From: an uncultured Chitinophagaceae bacterium
GTDB taxonomy: Bacteria > Bacteroidota > Bacteroidia > Chitinophagales > CAIOSU01
DNA: 64,000 nucleotides
Direction of reading: 5' to 3'
Assembly (NCBI GenBank): GCA_964518215.1
Contig: CAZFFP010000009.1
Span: 138 to 64,137, forward strand
The position numbers and the translations under genes are program-made. This document shows, one piece after another, positions 1 to 9,299 of this stretch. The notes beneath the pieces are model-generated. The model worked only from the letters and a program-made list of their open reading frames with translations, searched no databases and was not told the DNA's origin. Every line of letters starts with the position of its first letter. Positions within the stretch are counted from its first letter, which is position 1.

Positions 1-1
1 A

Positions 2-298
2 CCCGCAACATTGCCCGCCAATGATGAAATGAACCCTGCCGAAAAAGAATTACTGTTGCAGTTGTATCAATATCCTTCGGTGGTTTTGAGCGCGGCACGC
101 AACTATGAGCCATCGCATCTGGCAAACTATTTATACACGCTGGCAAAAACCTACAACGGCTTTTATCACGATTGCCCCATATTGAAAGCCGAACACGAAA
201 ACGCCAAACAAAACCGGCTTGCCATGTCGGAACTTACCGTACTGATTTTAAAATCAGGCTTACACTTGCTGGGTATTGAGGCACCGGAGAAGATGTAG
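2..298 (+). CDS. argS: arginine--tRNA ligase, C-terminal fragment (5' part outside window)
   Basis: The frame is open from the window edge to TAG at 296-298. The translation (..PSHLANYLYTLAKTYNGFYHDCPILKAE..NRLAMSELT..LLGIEAPEKM) matches the DALR anticodon-binding C-terminus of ArgRS, which typically ends in Met. Confidence 0.85.
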   Translation, partial: PATLPANDEMNPAEKELLLQLYQYPSVVLSAARNYEPSHLANYLYTLAKTYNGFYHDCPILKAEHENAKQNRLAMSELTVLILKSGLHLLGIEAPEKM

Positions 299-387
299 GG
301 ATACAGAGAGGCTTTGAATTTATGATTGTTTTCTTTTTCTTAGTATAAAAATCATTGTTAGTGGTTATTTTAGATAAAAATTGTTTT

Positions 388-1200
388 ATGAGATATATTA
401 TCATCGGTATGGTTATGCCAATCTTTTTTTTGACAAGTTGCACCAAATATGTTCAGTTAATTCAAACAACTGCGAAATCACCAAAAATTAATGAACAAGA
501 TTCATTTTATGTATATGAAGATGACTCACTGAAGATTACCTATAATTTTTGGCAAGAAAGAGGAGTTATGGCTTTTAGTATTTACAATAAATTGAGTATT
601 CCTATTTATATTGATTGGAAAAAGTCATCGTTTATAGATAAGAGTATTAAACTTGATTATTTTCTTGACAAAGAAATAAAGACTTCTGAGGCTATTTTCG
701 CAAATTATCAATACAAAGGTCCAAGAAATATATTTTTTCTTTTTGACCTTTCAAATGTTGGAGTTGTATCGGGCAAAGAGGTTTCGCAAAGAGAAGAAAG
801 AGTTACATTCATACCTCCAAGAGCCAGTTTTTCAACTGTAAAATATATTCTCTTACCAGATATAATATTCAAAGTAACATCCTCTTACAAAATCAGAATT
901 GAGAATAGAAATGATAATCCGTCAAAAACCACAAAAGTTTATTATGACGAAACCAAAGGAGATAATGCTAAAAATGTTTTTAGGAACTTCTTAACTTATT
1001 CAACAACAGAAGATTTTAAGGCAGAATCATATATTGATAATGAGTTTTTCATCTCAGGCGCATCTGTTATGGATGTAAGGCATTTTAGAGGAAAGTTAAT
1101 TTCATCATCATCTCCGGAATGGATTTATGAGTATCCATTTTCTGACCCTAAAAGATTTTATATTCTAAAGGATATTCCTAAGCCCTATATAAAGCCATAA
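388..1200 (+). CDS. hypothetical lipoprotein
   Basis: Lies in ORF 355..1200. The ATG at 388 gives MRYIIIGMVMPIFFLTSC, a signal peptide plus lipobox Cys. No family recognised. The region is visibly AT-rich. Confidence 0.55.
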   Translation: MRYIIIGMVMPIFFLTSCTKYVQLIQTTAKSPKINEQDSFYVYEDDSLKITYNFWQERGVMAFSIYNKLSIPIYIDWKKSSFIDKSIKLDYFLDKEIKTSEAIFANYQYKGPRNIFFLFDLSNVGVVSGKEVSQREERVTFIPPRASFSTVKYILLPDIIFKVTSSYKIRIENRNDNPSKTTKVYYDETKGDNAKNVFRNFLTYSTTEDFKAESYIDNEFFISGASVMDVRHFRGKLISSSSPEWIYEYPFSDPKRFYILKDIPKPYIKP

Positions 1201-1210
1201 ATCATTTAAA

Positions 1211-1405
1211 ATGGTTAAAGAAGTAAAAGATAGAATTAAACAAATTGGTCTAATATATAAGTATATGCCTCTTGACGAGAATGGTTTAGAATGCATACTT
1301 AGAGGCTATGTAATAGAAGAAGAAAATGGCTGGGTAGTTAGCGAAAATTTAGACGGCAGTATGGAAAAGCTGCACAAACTGCAAAGAGTAAAACACCCTT
1401 CTTAA
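1211..1405 (+). CDS. hypothetical small protein (64 aa)
   Basis: ATG ORF starting 10 nt after the previous stop. No recognisable motif, so coding status is unproven. Confidence 0.3.
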   Translation: MVKEVKDRIKQIGLIYKYMPLDENGLECILRGYVIEEENGWVVSENLDGSMEKLHKLQRVKHPS

Positions 1406-1406
1406 A

Positions 1407-1496
1407 TTGTCCTTGACTAAATACAATCTTCGACTCAGAATATTTGCAGGACCAAATAGCTCTGGTAAATCGATATTATTCACTCTTCCAAAGTAA
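1407..1496 (+). pseudogene. orphan N-terminal stub of a P-loop ATPase
   Basis: Reads (L)SLTKYNLRLRIFAGPNSSGKSILFTLPK-stop. This is a Walker A loop GPNSSGKS preceded by a beta-strand, as in AAA_15/AAA_21-type ATPases. The frame closes after about 30 codons and no continuation is seen in any frame. Confidence 0.3.
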
Positions 1497-1668
1497 TTAT
1501 GCGATATATAAATGAACAAATGTTTTTTCTAAATTTTCCGATAAATAAGTTTTCCTGCCACACCATCAAATTCATAATGGTTTATTTTGCAGTTTTGTTG
1601 TAAAAGAGGAAAGATAATTTTCTCCAACAACTTTACACTATCATCAAACAATCGCTTAAACACATTTC

Positions 1669-3069
1669 ATGAAATTATCTTTTCACGGAGCAGCAGGAAT
1701 GGTAACGGGCAGCAAACATTTGCTGACGTTGAAGAACGGTAAAAATATTTTATTCGATTGCGGCATGTTTCAGGGACATGGCGCTGAAACAGAAAAGATG
1801 AACCGCCATTGGGGTTTTGAGCCGAAGAAAATTGATTACCTCATTCTTTCTCACGCACATATTGACCATTCGGGCTTGATACCAAAATTGGTGAAAGACG
1901 GTTTTCGCGGAAAAATATTTTCGACTCCCGCTACTTTCGATTTGTGCCAAATTATGTTGGCTGATTCGGCAAAAATTCAGGAATATGATGTGTATTTTAT
2001 TAATAAGCGAAGAAAAAAACAAGGCAAGCCTTTGCTTGAACCTATGTATGATACCGATGATGTGCAGGCGGCTTTAGATAAGTTTCATTTGGTGCAATAT
2101 GATAAGCCTTACGAAATAGAGAAAGACATTACGCTCACCTTTACCGATGCCGGTCATATTTTGGGGAGTGCTTGTGTGCATTTGAAGATTGACGAATTTG
2201 GCGATGAGAAAAAAATATGTTTCACAGGCGACATAGGAAGGTATAATAGCAGAATTTTAAGACAGCCTCAACCGTTTCAACAGGCAGATTACATCATTTG
2301 CGAATCTACTTACGGTGATATTTTGCATGAAGAAACAGAACTCACCGACAAGCAATTGCTCGATGTGGTGAAGCGCACCTGTGTAGAAAGGAAAGGGAAA
2401 CTTTTAATTCCGGCATTCAGCATTGGGCGAACTCAGGAAATAGTGAACATGCTCAACAATTTGCATTTCGAGAAAAAACTTCCACACATAAATGTTTATG
2501 TGGACAGTCCGCTTTCAACCAATGGTACAGAAATTTACAGGAAACACAAAAGCTGCTTTAATGAAGACATTAAAGATTACATGCTGAATGACCCCACTCC
2601 GTTTGCATTTAAAAATCTCACATACATTACCGATGTAGAAGAATCAAAAGCGTTGAATTTCAGAAAAGAACCCTGCATCATTATTTCTGCTTCGGGCATG
2701 ATGGAAGCCGGAAGAATCAAACATCATATTGCCAACAACATCAGCAACCCCGACAACACGCTGCTCATTGTGGGTTGGTGCGCTCCCGGAACCTTAGGCA
2801 GAAAACTATTACGTGGCGATACGGAAGTGCGCATATTTGGAGAAGAGTATCAGGTAAAAGCCGAAATAGTGGTGATGAATCAGTTCAGCGCACATGGCGA
2901 TTACAGCGAAATGTTGAGATTTTTAAAATGTCAAAATCAAAAAAATGTTCGCGGCATGTATCTCGTTCATGGCGATGACGATGTGTTGCCTGTATGGAAA
3001 TCCCGCTTGGAATCGGCAGGATTTGGAAATATTCAAATTCCCGAATTGCACCAAACTTTTGAAATCTGA
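1669..3069 (+). CDS. MBL-fold metallo-hydrolase of the beta-CASP (RNA-metabolising, CPSF/RNase J-like) family
   Basis: 466 aa. Carries the HAHIDHSG zinc motif, later TDAGHILGS, and a C-terminal QFSAHGD (beta-CASP motif C region). Confidence 0.8.
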   Translation: MKLSFHGAAGMVTGSKHLLTLKNGKNILFDCGMFQGHGAETEKMNRHWGFEPKKIDYLILSHAHIDHSGLIPKLVKDGFRGKIFSTPATFDLCQIMLADSAKIQEYDVYFINKRRKKQGKPLLEPMYDTDDVQAALDKFHLVQYDKPYEIEKDITLTFTDAGHILGSACVHLKIDEFGDEKKICFTGDIGRYNSRILRQPQPFQQADYIICESTYGDILHEETELTDKQLLDVVKRTCVERKGKLLIPAFSIGRTQEIVNMLNNLHFEKKLPHINVYVDSPLSTNGTEIYRKHKSCFNEDIKDYMLNDPTPFAFKNLTYITDVEESKALNFRKEPCIIISASGMMEAGRIKHHIANNISNPDNTLLIVGWCAPGTLGRKLLRGDTEVRIFGEEYQVKAEIVVMNQFSAHGDYSEMLRFLKCQNQKNVRGMYLVHGDDDVLPVWKSRLESAGFGNIQIPELHQTFEI

Positions 3070-3077
3070 AAGTCAGT

Positions 3078-3392
3078 TTATGCCTGAGCAGTAGGTCCGC
3101 CAAAATTCATCGGTATGCCCTGCACGGTATCGGTATCTTCTATTTCTCCATGTACCGATTCGAACTTATGAATATTATCTGCCAAAGCCTTCATGAGCCT
3201 TTTGCAATGTTGAGGCGTTAATAATATTCTCGACTTTACTTTCGCTTTAGGAACACCCGGCATCATTCTGATAAAATCTATAACAAACTCGGCATTAGAG
3301 TGAGTAATGATGGCAAGGTTGGAGTAAATACCCTCTGCAATTTCTTCAGAAAGTTCAATGTTGATTTGGTTTTGATTGTTTTTGTCTTCCAT
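3078..3392 (-). CDS. DUF3467-like small protein
   Basis: 104 aa. The stretch INIELSEEIAEGIYSNLAIITHSNAEFVIDFIRMMPG..A.V.SRILLTP resembles, from memory, the conserved Bacteroidota DUF3467 family. Confidence 0.6.
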   Translation of the reverse strand: MEDKNNQNQINIELSEEIAEGIYSNLAIITHSNAEFVIDFIRMMPGVPKAKVKSRILLTPQHCKRLMKALADNIHKFESVHGEIEDTDTVQGIPMNFGGPTAQA

Positions 3393-3459
3393 TGCTTATA
3401 ATTTTATTCAAAAGTAACTTAAATATTTTTTGAGCCTAAAAGCAATACTATAAAACCGC

Positions 3460-6093
3460 TTATCGAGGCATGGCATTCAGATATTTTTGTGCAGTAAGGG
3501 TATCGCCCACAAACAAATAAACCTTTGCAATATTTTCATACGGTTCTTTCCAATTGGGGTTGTGTTCCATGGCTCTGAGATTCACGCGCACCGATGCTTC
3601 AGGATTTTTCATTCTGAAATATAAATAACTAAGATTGGCATACGCTTCTTTATAATTGGGGTCAAACTTTAGTACTTGCTCATAGTATTTTACTGCTGTT
3701 TTAAAATCATTTTTTCCTTCGGCAATAATGGCAAGTTTAATAGTAACATCGGTCAATGTAGAATCCATTTCATTCACCTTGGTGAAGAAATAATAAGTGC
3801 TGTCTAATTTATCAAGAACAATATAGGCTCTTCCTAGATTGTAATAAGCGTTGAACATTCCTGGGTAAATCTCAAGCGTTTTTTTAAAATGATAAACTGC
3901 CTGATTTCTCATGGCAGCAGATTGAGAGGCATATTCTTTTTCGTTAGAAAACGACATATAATTCATTGCTAAAAGATAATTTGCCTGAGCAGAGTTGCTG
4001 AGGTGTTTTATATCATGCGTCATTAAAGTCAGTTGATTTTTCCATAATGCATTTCTCGAAATTGTTTGATAAGAATAAGCCGAGAGCAGAATTATAACAA
4101 AAAAGATAAATGCAGGTTTTAACCGAACAGATATGTTTGGTGAATTATCAACTTTGAAAACAATAGTCAAAATATATCCGATTGCAATACAAAATCCTAA
4201 AGTAGGTGTATAAGTAAATCGGTCTGCCATCATACCTACAACGGTGTGGAATATGTTTGAAAAAACTGAAATTGAAATCAAATAAAACAAAATTCCAAAA
4301 CTTAGTACCGGGTGTTTTTTGAAGTAATAAATTGCTATTATAAATAGCAGCAAATGAATTATGATTGAAAATATTGCCTGAGAATTATTAAGTCCTACAG
4401 GAATAATATAGGCATACCCATAGTAAAAGCTCATAGGATGAGGAATAAATATCAGCTTGAGATATTCGGCTAAGATATATGCAGATGTTCCAAGTCTGAT
4501 ATTGAGTGGAGCATCTAATGAAACCGGCATTTCGACAAAATCTATAGGGCGGTTTGAATTAGGCAATATATTGGCTTCAATACTAATGTCTTGTATTGTC
4601 GAATTGGCTAAAGTAGAAGTAGGGTCATTAATGTATAATTCAAAAAACAAAAAGCTCACAAAAAGAGCAAAGAAAAGATGATAGCCAATTTTTCGGGTTT
4701 TTATATTATAAACCAAAAATGGAATAAAGAGCATTATGAATCCATATATAATTGAAGAATATTCAAATGGTTTTCCTTTTATTAAAATATAGATGAGCGA
4801 AATCAGATAATTCAATGCGAAAAACAAAAAGTGTTTTTTGTTACGACTTTTGTAATAGAGAGCCAATACGATCAAGGGTGTAATAACTGCATAATTGATT
4901 ATAAATATGCCCGAAATAAATAGAATAAAATATACAGCTAAGTGCCATTTTAAATTTCTTTCGTTGTCGAAAATGATAATTGTTGCCGAAATCATGTACA
5001 AAGCGGTGAAAATACCTCCGGTATTAAAGAAGTATGAAGTGACAGATACGCTCAATGCCAAACTTAGCAATACAAATTTTCTTGAATTTTCGCTTAAAAT
5101 AAGATACGCTGTTGTAAGTATTAGTATAATAATAAGAGCGATTTCGTGCCTGTCATAAACGCAAGCCCAGCTGCAAACAATAACAGATATTACCGAGAAA
5201 AATATTGTGATAGTTTCAGATAAAGGAAAATTAAAAAAATGGCAGGTATCTTTTTGTTCGTCTCGAATGTTTGTAAAGAATAAACTTTTGAAGCTAAACG
5301 AAGGGTCATTAGTTTTTGTGTAGAGAAAATGAATAAGTGTTGGTATGCCTGCAACAGAAATAAAAAGCAATGCTTTATTAGTGAAACTATTCAGGGGTGA
5401 TAATATAAAAAGTATTGCTCCAAATAATATACTCAGCACAAGTATATGTTTCTTTGAACTCTTTGAAAAAAATATGAGAGAAACAGGAATTAAAAATCCT
5501 GAAAGCAATATGCTTTGCTTGGAAAGTATTGCCACAACAAAAAATAATATAGCCAATGTTGAGTTCTGTATTATTTTTTCTTTTGTTGATTTATAAGCAA
5601 AAAACCACGACACTAACACGAAAAGCAATGCCAAAATTTCATCTCTGTTCTTAATATTTGCAACTACTTCGGTATGTAAAGGATGTGCGATAAACAATAA
5701 TGTAATTAGTAATGTCAAGAATGAATTCATATTCTGAAAAAGAATACTTAGAAGTGTCCAAAGCATTATTCCTGTAAGAGCATATAGCAATACATTAATG
5801 AAGTGACTGATGCCCGGGCTTTCGCCAAAAAATTGGTGTTCAATTGCAAAACTTGTAAGCGTAATGGGCCTGTATTCATAGGCATATCCATATTCATCTT
5901 CATAATATGGCGATGTAAAAATATCGGGTATTGCACTAAAACCTTTTGAAGTATGACGATGATTTTTTGTTACTAATTCGTCATCGAGATTATATGAATT
6001 ATTCAGTGTATTGCCAAAAAGTAAAAAGGCGAATGCTATTATGAAAATATTTAAAATTCGCTTGTGCTTAATGGTGTTTATTTCAATTTCCAT
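3460..6093 (-). CDS. polytopic GT-C-like (PMT/TMTC, DUF1736-type) membrane protein with C-terminal TPR repeats
   Basis: 877 aa. The N-terminus reads ..NSYNLDDELVTKN...YEYRPITLTSFAIEHQFFGESPGISHFINVLLYA.. and is followed by many TM helices. The last ~250 aa are TPR-like (AYYNLGRAY.., YKEAYANLSYLYF.., WKEPYENIAKVY). Confidence 0.65.
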   Translation of the reverse strand: MEIEINTIKHKRILNIFIIAFAFLLFGNTLNNSYNLDDELVTKNHRHTSKGFSAIPDIFTSPYYEDEYGYAYEYRPITLTSFAIEHQFFGESPGISHFINVLLYALTGIMLWTLLSILFQNMNSFLTLLITLLFIAHPLHTEVVANIKNRDEILALLFVLVSWFFAYKSTKEKIIQNSTLAILFFVVAILSKQSILLSGFLIPVSLIFFSKSSKKHILVLSILFGAILFILSPLNSFTNKALLFISVAGIPTLIHFLYTKTNDPSFSFKSLFFTNIRDEQKDTCHFFNFPLSETITIFFSVISVIVCSWACVYDRHEIALIIILILTTAYLILSENSRKFVLLSLALSVSVTSYFFNTGGIFTALYMISATIIIFDNERNLKWHLAVYFILFISGIFIINYAVITPLIVLALYYKSRNKKHFLFFALNYLISLIYILIKGKPFEYSSIIYGFIMLFIPFLVYNIKTRKIGYHLFFALFVSFLFFELYINDPTSTLANSTIQDISIEANILPNSNRPIDFVEMPVSLDAPLNIRLGTSAYILAEYLKLIFIPHPMSFYYGYAYIIPVGLNNSQAIFSIIIHLLLFIIAIYYFKKHPVLSFGILFYLISISVFSNIFHTVVGMMADRFTYTPTLGFCIAIGYILTIVFKVDNSPNISVRLKPAFIFFVIILLSAYSYQTISRNALWKNQLTLMTHDIKHLSNSAQANYLLAMNYMSFSNEKEYASQSAAMRNQAVYHFKKTLEIYPGMFNAYYNLGRAYIVLDKLDSTYYFFTKVNEMDSTLTDVTIKLAIIAEGKNDFKTAVKYYEQVLKFDPNYKEAYANLSYLYFRMKNPEASVRVNLRAMEHNPNWKEPYENIAKVYLFVGDTLTAQKYLNAMPR

Positions 6094-6120
6094 AATGTGG
6101 TATATGGTAAGAAAGACTTT

Positions 6121-7224
6121 TTACCTCAACTTCAAATCAAATAATCCCGGATAATTTTCATTTAGCTCTTTTAAAATGGATTCGCGCTCGTAAATAATTA
6201 CTTTTCGTCCGGCTTGGGCTAATTTAAGAGCCAATGCCAACTGCTGTGATTCTTCAAGTATAAGGGAATTTTCTTTATAAGTAATATATTGAAACTCTAT
6301 AGGTTTAGTTTCCGAGTATTCTTTAAGGTAGTTTTCATATTGAAATTCGAGATGTTGTTGATTAACATTATCGGTTGCTTCACTCAAAAATAGCTGCTGT
6401 TCCCAACTTTTGGCATATATACCCAATGCTCGGTTGTCTCTTGGAAAACAAGGACCGCCAAAGCCAAAACCATAATTCAGATATTTTTTCCCAATGCGTG
6501 AATCTGCTCCAACTGCCTGAAGAATTTTGTCGGGATCAGCCCCCGATTTTAAGGCTAAGTCTCCTATTGAGTTGGCAAAAGATATTTTAGTTGTAAGGAA
6601 GCAATTAGTAGCGAGTTTAGCAATTTCAGCACTCAGCAAATCCATACGGCAAAAGGCGGGTTTGTTTTTGCATAGGGCATGATAGATTGCTTCCAGTTTA
6701 TCGCCAGATTGTTGATTAGTTTCTCCAATCAGTATTTGGTCAGGGTATTGTTGGTCATGAATAATATTTCCTTGAGCTATAAATTCTGGGTTGTAACAAA
6801 CTTCATAATTATATTCCTTGAGCCGGGTTGAAAGTGAATTACAATAGCCCGGCATTACTGTGCATCCTACAACAACAGCTACTGTCTGCTCTCTTTTTCC
6901 AAAACCTATCAACTCATTTATAACCCTTTCAATTTGTTCATGATTGTAGTCGCCATTTTTGGTAGAGGGTGTTGCCACCATAACAAAAATGATTTCTATC
7001 TCATCTTTTACAACATCAGCAATGTTAATAGAAGCAACAAAGTTGGACGACTGCAAAAGATATTCCGTAACAAATGGCTCATCAGAGATTAAAGTTTTGG
7101 AGTTAATATCCGTTACATATTTTTCATTGATATCAATTCCCGTAACATTTAATCCGGCTTTCTCTAAATTAAGAGCAAAGCAAAGACCAAGTTTTCCAAT
7201 TCCAATTATTCCTACAGATTTCAT
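6121..7224 (-). CDS. UDP-glucose/GDP-mannose dehydrogenase family (nucleotide-sugar 6-dehydrogenase)
   Basis: 367 aa. Has the Rossmann motif GIIGIGKLG, a catalytic-Cys motif GFGGPCFPRD and a C-terminal UDP-binding-like domain. Its start overlaps the upstream stop (ATGA at 7221-7224). Confidence 0.75.
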   Translation of the reverse strand: MKSVGIIGIGKLGLCFALNLEKAGLNVTGIDINEKYVTDINSKTLISDEPFVTEYLLQSSNFVASINIADVVKDEIEIIFVMVATPSTKNGDYNHEQIERVINELIGFGKREQTVAVVVGCTVMPGYCNSLSTRLKEYNYEVCYNPEFIAQGNIIHDQQYPDQILIGETNQQSGDKLEAIYHALCKNKPAFCRMDLLSAEIAKLATNCFLTTKISFANSIGDLALKSGADPDKILQAVGADSRIGKKYLNYGFGFGGPCFPRDNRALGIYAKSWEQQLFLSEATDNVNQQHLEFQYENYLKEYSETKPIEFQYITYKENSLILEESQQLALALKLAQAGRKVIIYERESILKELNENYPGLFDLKLR

Positions 7225-8270
7225 TCTTCAATTTTCCCTTTAAACTCTTTTTCGTACAAAGAAAGGTTTGCCATACCCCATTCAGAAGTGTTCATATCCC
7301 AATGTTGTTTTTTTTCAATGATTTGTAATCCTGCTTTAAAAATAATCGAATAATCTAAACAAGGCTTGTTTTGTAAAAATTTGATAGTTTTCAAAGCATT
7401 ACTTGATTCCCATCCATCTTCGTGATCAATATGATAAACACAAGCAGCGTAAGGGAAAAGCTCCTGTTTTTTTCCAACTGCTATAGCCGCCCATAAGGCC
7501 ATGCTGTCTATATGAATGGAATACATGTCTAACTCCACATATCCTTGAATATCCATCCAATCGCTTTTCGACATTAAAGTAAAATCTCCGCAGGCTTCAA
7601 AGTCAATAAGGAAGAATGGATACTGGTTTTTATGTTTCATTTTCCAAACAGCAATTATCAGATAATTTAAAGATTTGGCTAATCGGGGAAAAAAATATAG
7701 AAACCTCGGCACAAGTTGAAAAAGATGCAGGGCTTCATTGCCGGGCGATTTGCCAAGTCTGCGTAACAAGTGTTTCTGGCAGTATTCGAGCAATACATTT
7801 TGGTCGGTTATTGCCATCAATTCACTTGGAACATCACACCTGTTAGCTCTGTAAAAAGTATTTTTTTCTAATTGTTTTTTACTGATGAGCTCAAAACATT
7901 CGCTTGAAAAAATGATATCTATATTGGTGCAAAGAATAAACTCGCCTTTCGCTCGCCTGATGCCTACATTTTTGGCAATCATTTGATAAAGAGGAATAGA
8001 GTGCGAGTTTTTGTATTTGTTATGAATTTCTTTTGAAACCGTGATATATCTAACAACTACAGGTGTTTCCGGAGGGGGAGGAGGTAAAACTTCATGCAAA
8101 TGGGGCTTACCTTCCGGTGGATTCCACTCTACCATAATCAGTTCTACGGGTAAATTCCATTGTTTTGCCTGATGATAAACGCTTTTAAGAAATGCTCCGG
8201 TTCTTTCATTCAGATCGCCTCCGTGGTTGTCGTTTCTGCTAGTAGCAATGATGCTTAAATAAAATTGCAT
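7221..8270 (-). CDS. GT-A fold (family 2-like) glycosyltransferase, paralogue 1
   Basis: 349 aa. Contains LSIIATSRNDNHGGD, WNPP and GIRRAKGEFILCTNIDIIF (DxD-like), and shares architecture with the next two genes. Confidence 0.65.
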   Translation of the reverse strand: MQFYLSIIATSRNDNHGGDLNERTGAFLKSVYHQAKQWNLPVELIMVEWNPPEGKPHLHEVLPPPPPETPVVVRYITVSKEIHNKYKNSHSIPLYQMIAKNVGIRRAKGEFILCTNIDIIFSSECFELISKKQLEKNTFYRANRCDVPSELMAITDQNVLLEYCQKHLLRRLGKSPGNEALHLFQLVPRFLYFFPRLAKSLNYLIIAVWKMKHKNQYPFFLIDFEACGDFTLMSKSDWMDIQGYVELDMYSIHIDSMALWAAIAVGKKQELFPYAACVYHIDHEDGWESSNALKTIKFLQNKPCLDYSIIFKAGLQIIEKKQHWDMNTSEWGMANLSLYEKEFKGKIEE

Positions 8271-8276
8271 GTTGTG

Positions 8277-9299
8277 TTATCTGATAATCGATTCGGGAAG
8301 CTCAAATTTAGCTAATCCCCAAAGGTCTGTGTTATAAATGAAAGGCTTTTTTTTAGAAAGCATTTGTTGCGCTTCTTTTTGAAAGGTAAGATATGTTTCT
8401 CTATACACCGGATTTTCCATCACGGCATCATACCTTCTGTCGTGCGCCTGATGATACACCGGCACAGAAAATATTTTTTCTTTCAAACCCGACATGGCAG
8501 CCTGAATCACCATCAGCGCATCGGTATGCAGCGACAGGTATGATGTTTCTTTATAGCCTTTCAACTCGTGCCATTTGTTTCGATGCATCAGCATGAAATC
8601 GCCACTCACATTGCAGTGAAAATAATATTCGGCATTGTGCGAATAGTAATTCCATTTGAATGTATGGTCTGAAAAGAACTTGGTTTTGATAGAATATTTT
8701 CTCCAAAGGGCTATTTGTAAATATTTTTTCTGAAGGATTTTGAATTTTTCTAAGGTGAAATTTTCTAAAGGAATAATAAATCCTTTCAGAAACAACTTGA
8801 ATCCCGATTGGTGAATGCTTTCTATCGTGTTTGTTTCGCTACTGTAATCGAGCCTGTCGGCACGGTAATAAAATTTTTCGGAAAGATAATTTCTGAAATC
8901 GGTGAATATTTCGGGCGCTAATAAAATATCGGGGTTCATACATAAAACAAATTCGCCTTTGGCGCGCCTGATGCCCGTGTTCTTCGCTAAATATTCAAAC
9001 AAAGGCACTGTTTTACGAACCGATTCATCAACAAAATTTTGATGTATTTCGGCAGGCACATGAATGATTCTGTAATGAACAAAAGTTCGGTTTTCGGGAA
9101 ATTTCAGCGCCTGTTCCAACCCGGTATTTTCTGCAACAGGATTCCAGTTAACAATAATAATTTCTGTGCCTATTTTATTTTGTTCTAAAAGCGAGGTGTT
9201 CCATGAAATAAAATTTTGTAGGCGTTTCAAAAAATCGCCTCCGTAGTCATCGTTGCGCGCGGCAACTACTATACTCAAAAAAATATTTTCAGAAGACAT
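8277..9299 (-). CDS. GT-A fold (family 2-like) glycosyltransferase, paralogue 2
   Basis: 340 aa. Contains LSIVVAARNDDYGGDF, VNWNPV and GIRRAKGEFVLCMNPDILL. Clearly paralogous to 9289..10329 along its whole length. Confidence 0.65.
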   Translation of the reverse strand: MSSENIFLSIVVAARNDDYGGDFLKRLQNFISWNTSLLEQNKIGTEIIIVNWNPVAENTGLEQALKFPENRTFVHYRIIHVPAEIHQNFVDESVRKTVPLFEYLAKNTGIRRAKGEFVLCMNPDILLAPEIFTDFRNYLSEKFYYRADRLDYSSETNTIESIHQSGFKLFLKGFIIPLENFTLEKFKILQKKYLQIALWRKYSIKTKFFSDHTFKWNYYSHNAEYYFHCNVSGDFMLMHRNKWHELKGYKETSYLSLHTDALMVIQAAMSGLKEKIFSVPVYHQAHDRRYDAVMENPVYRETYLTFQKEAQQMLSKKKPFIYNTDLWGLAKFELPESIIR

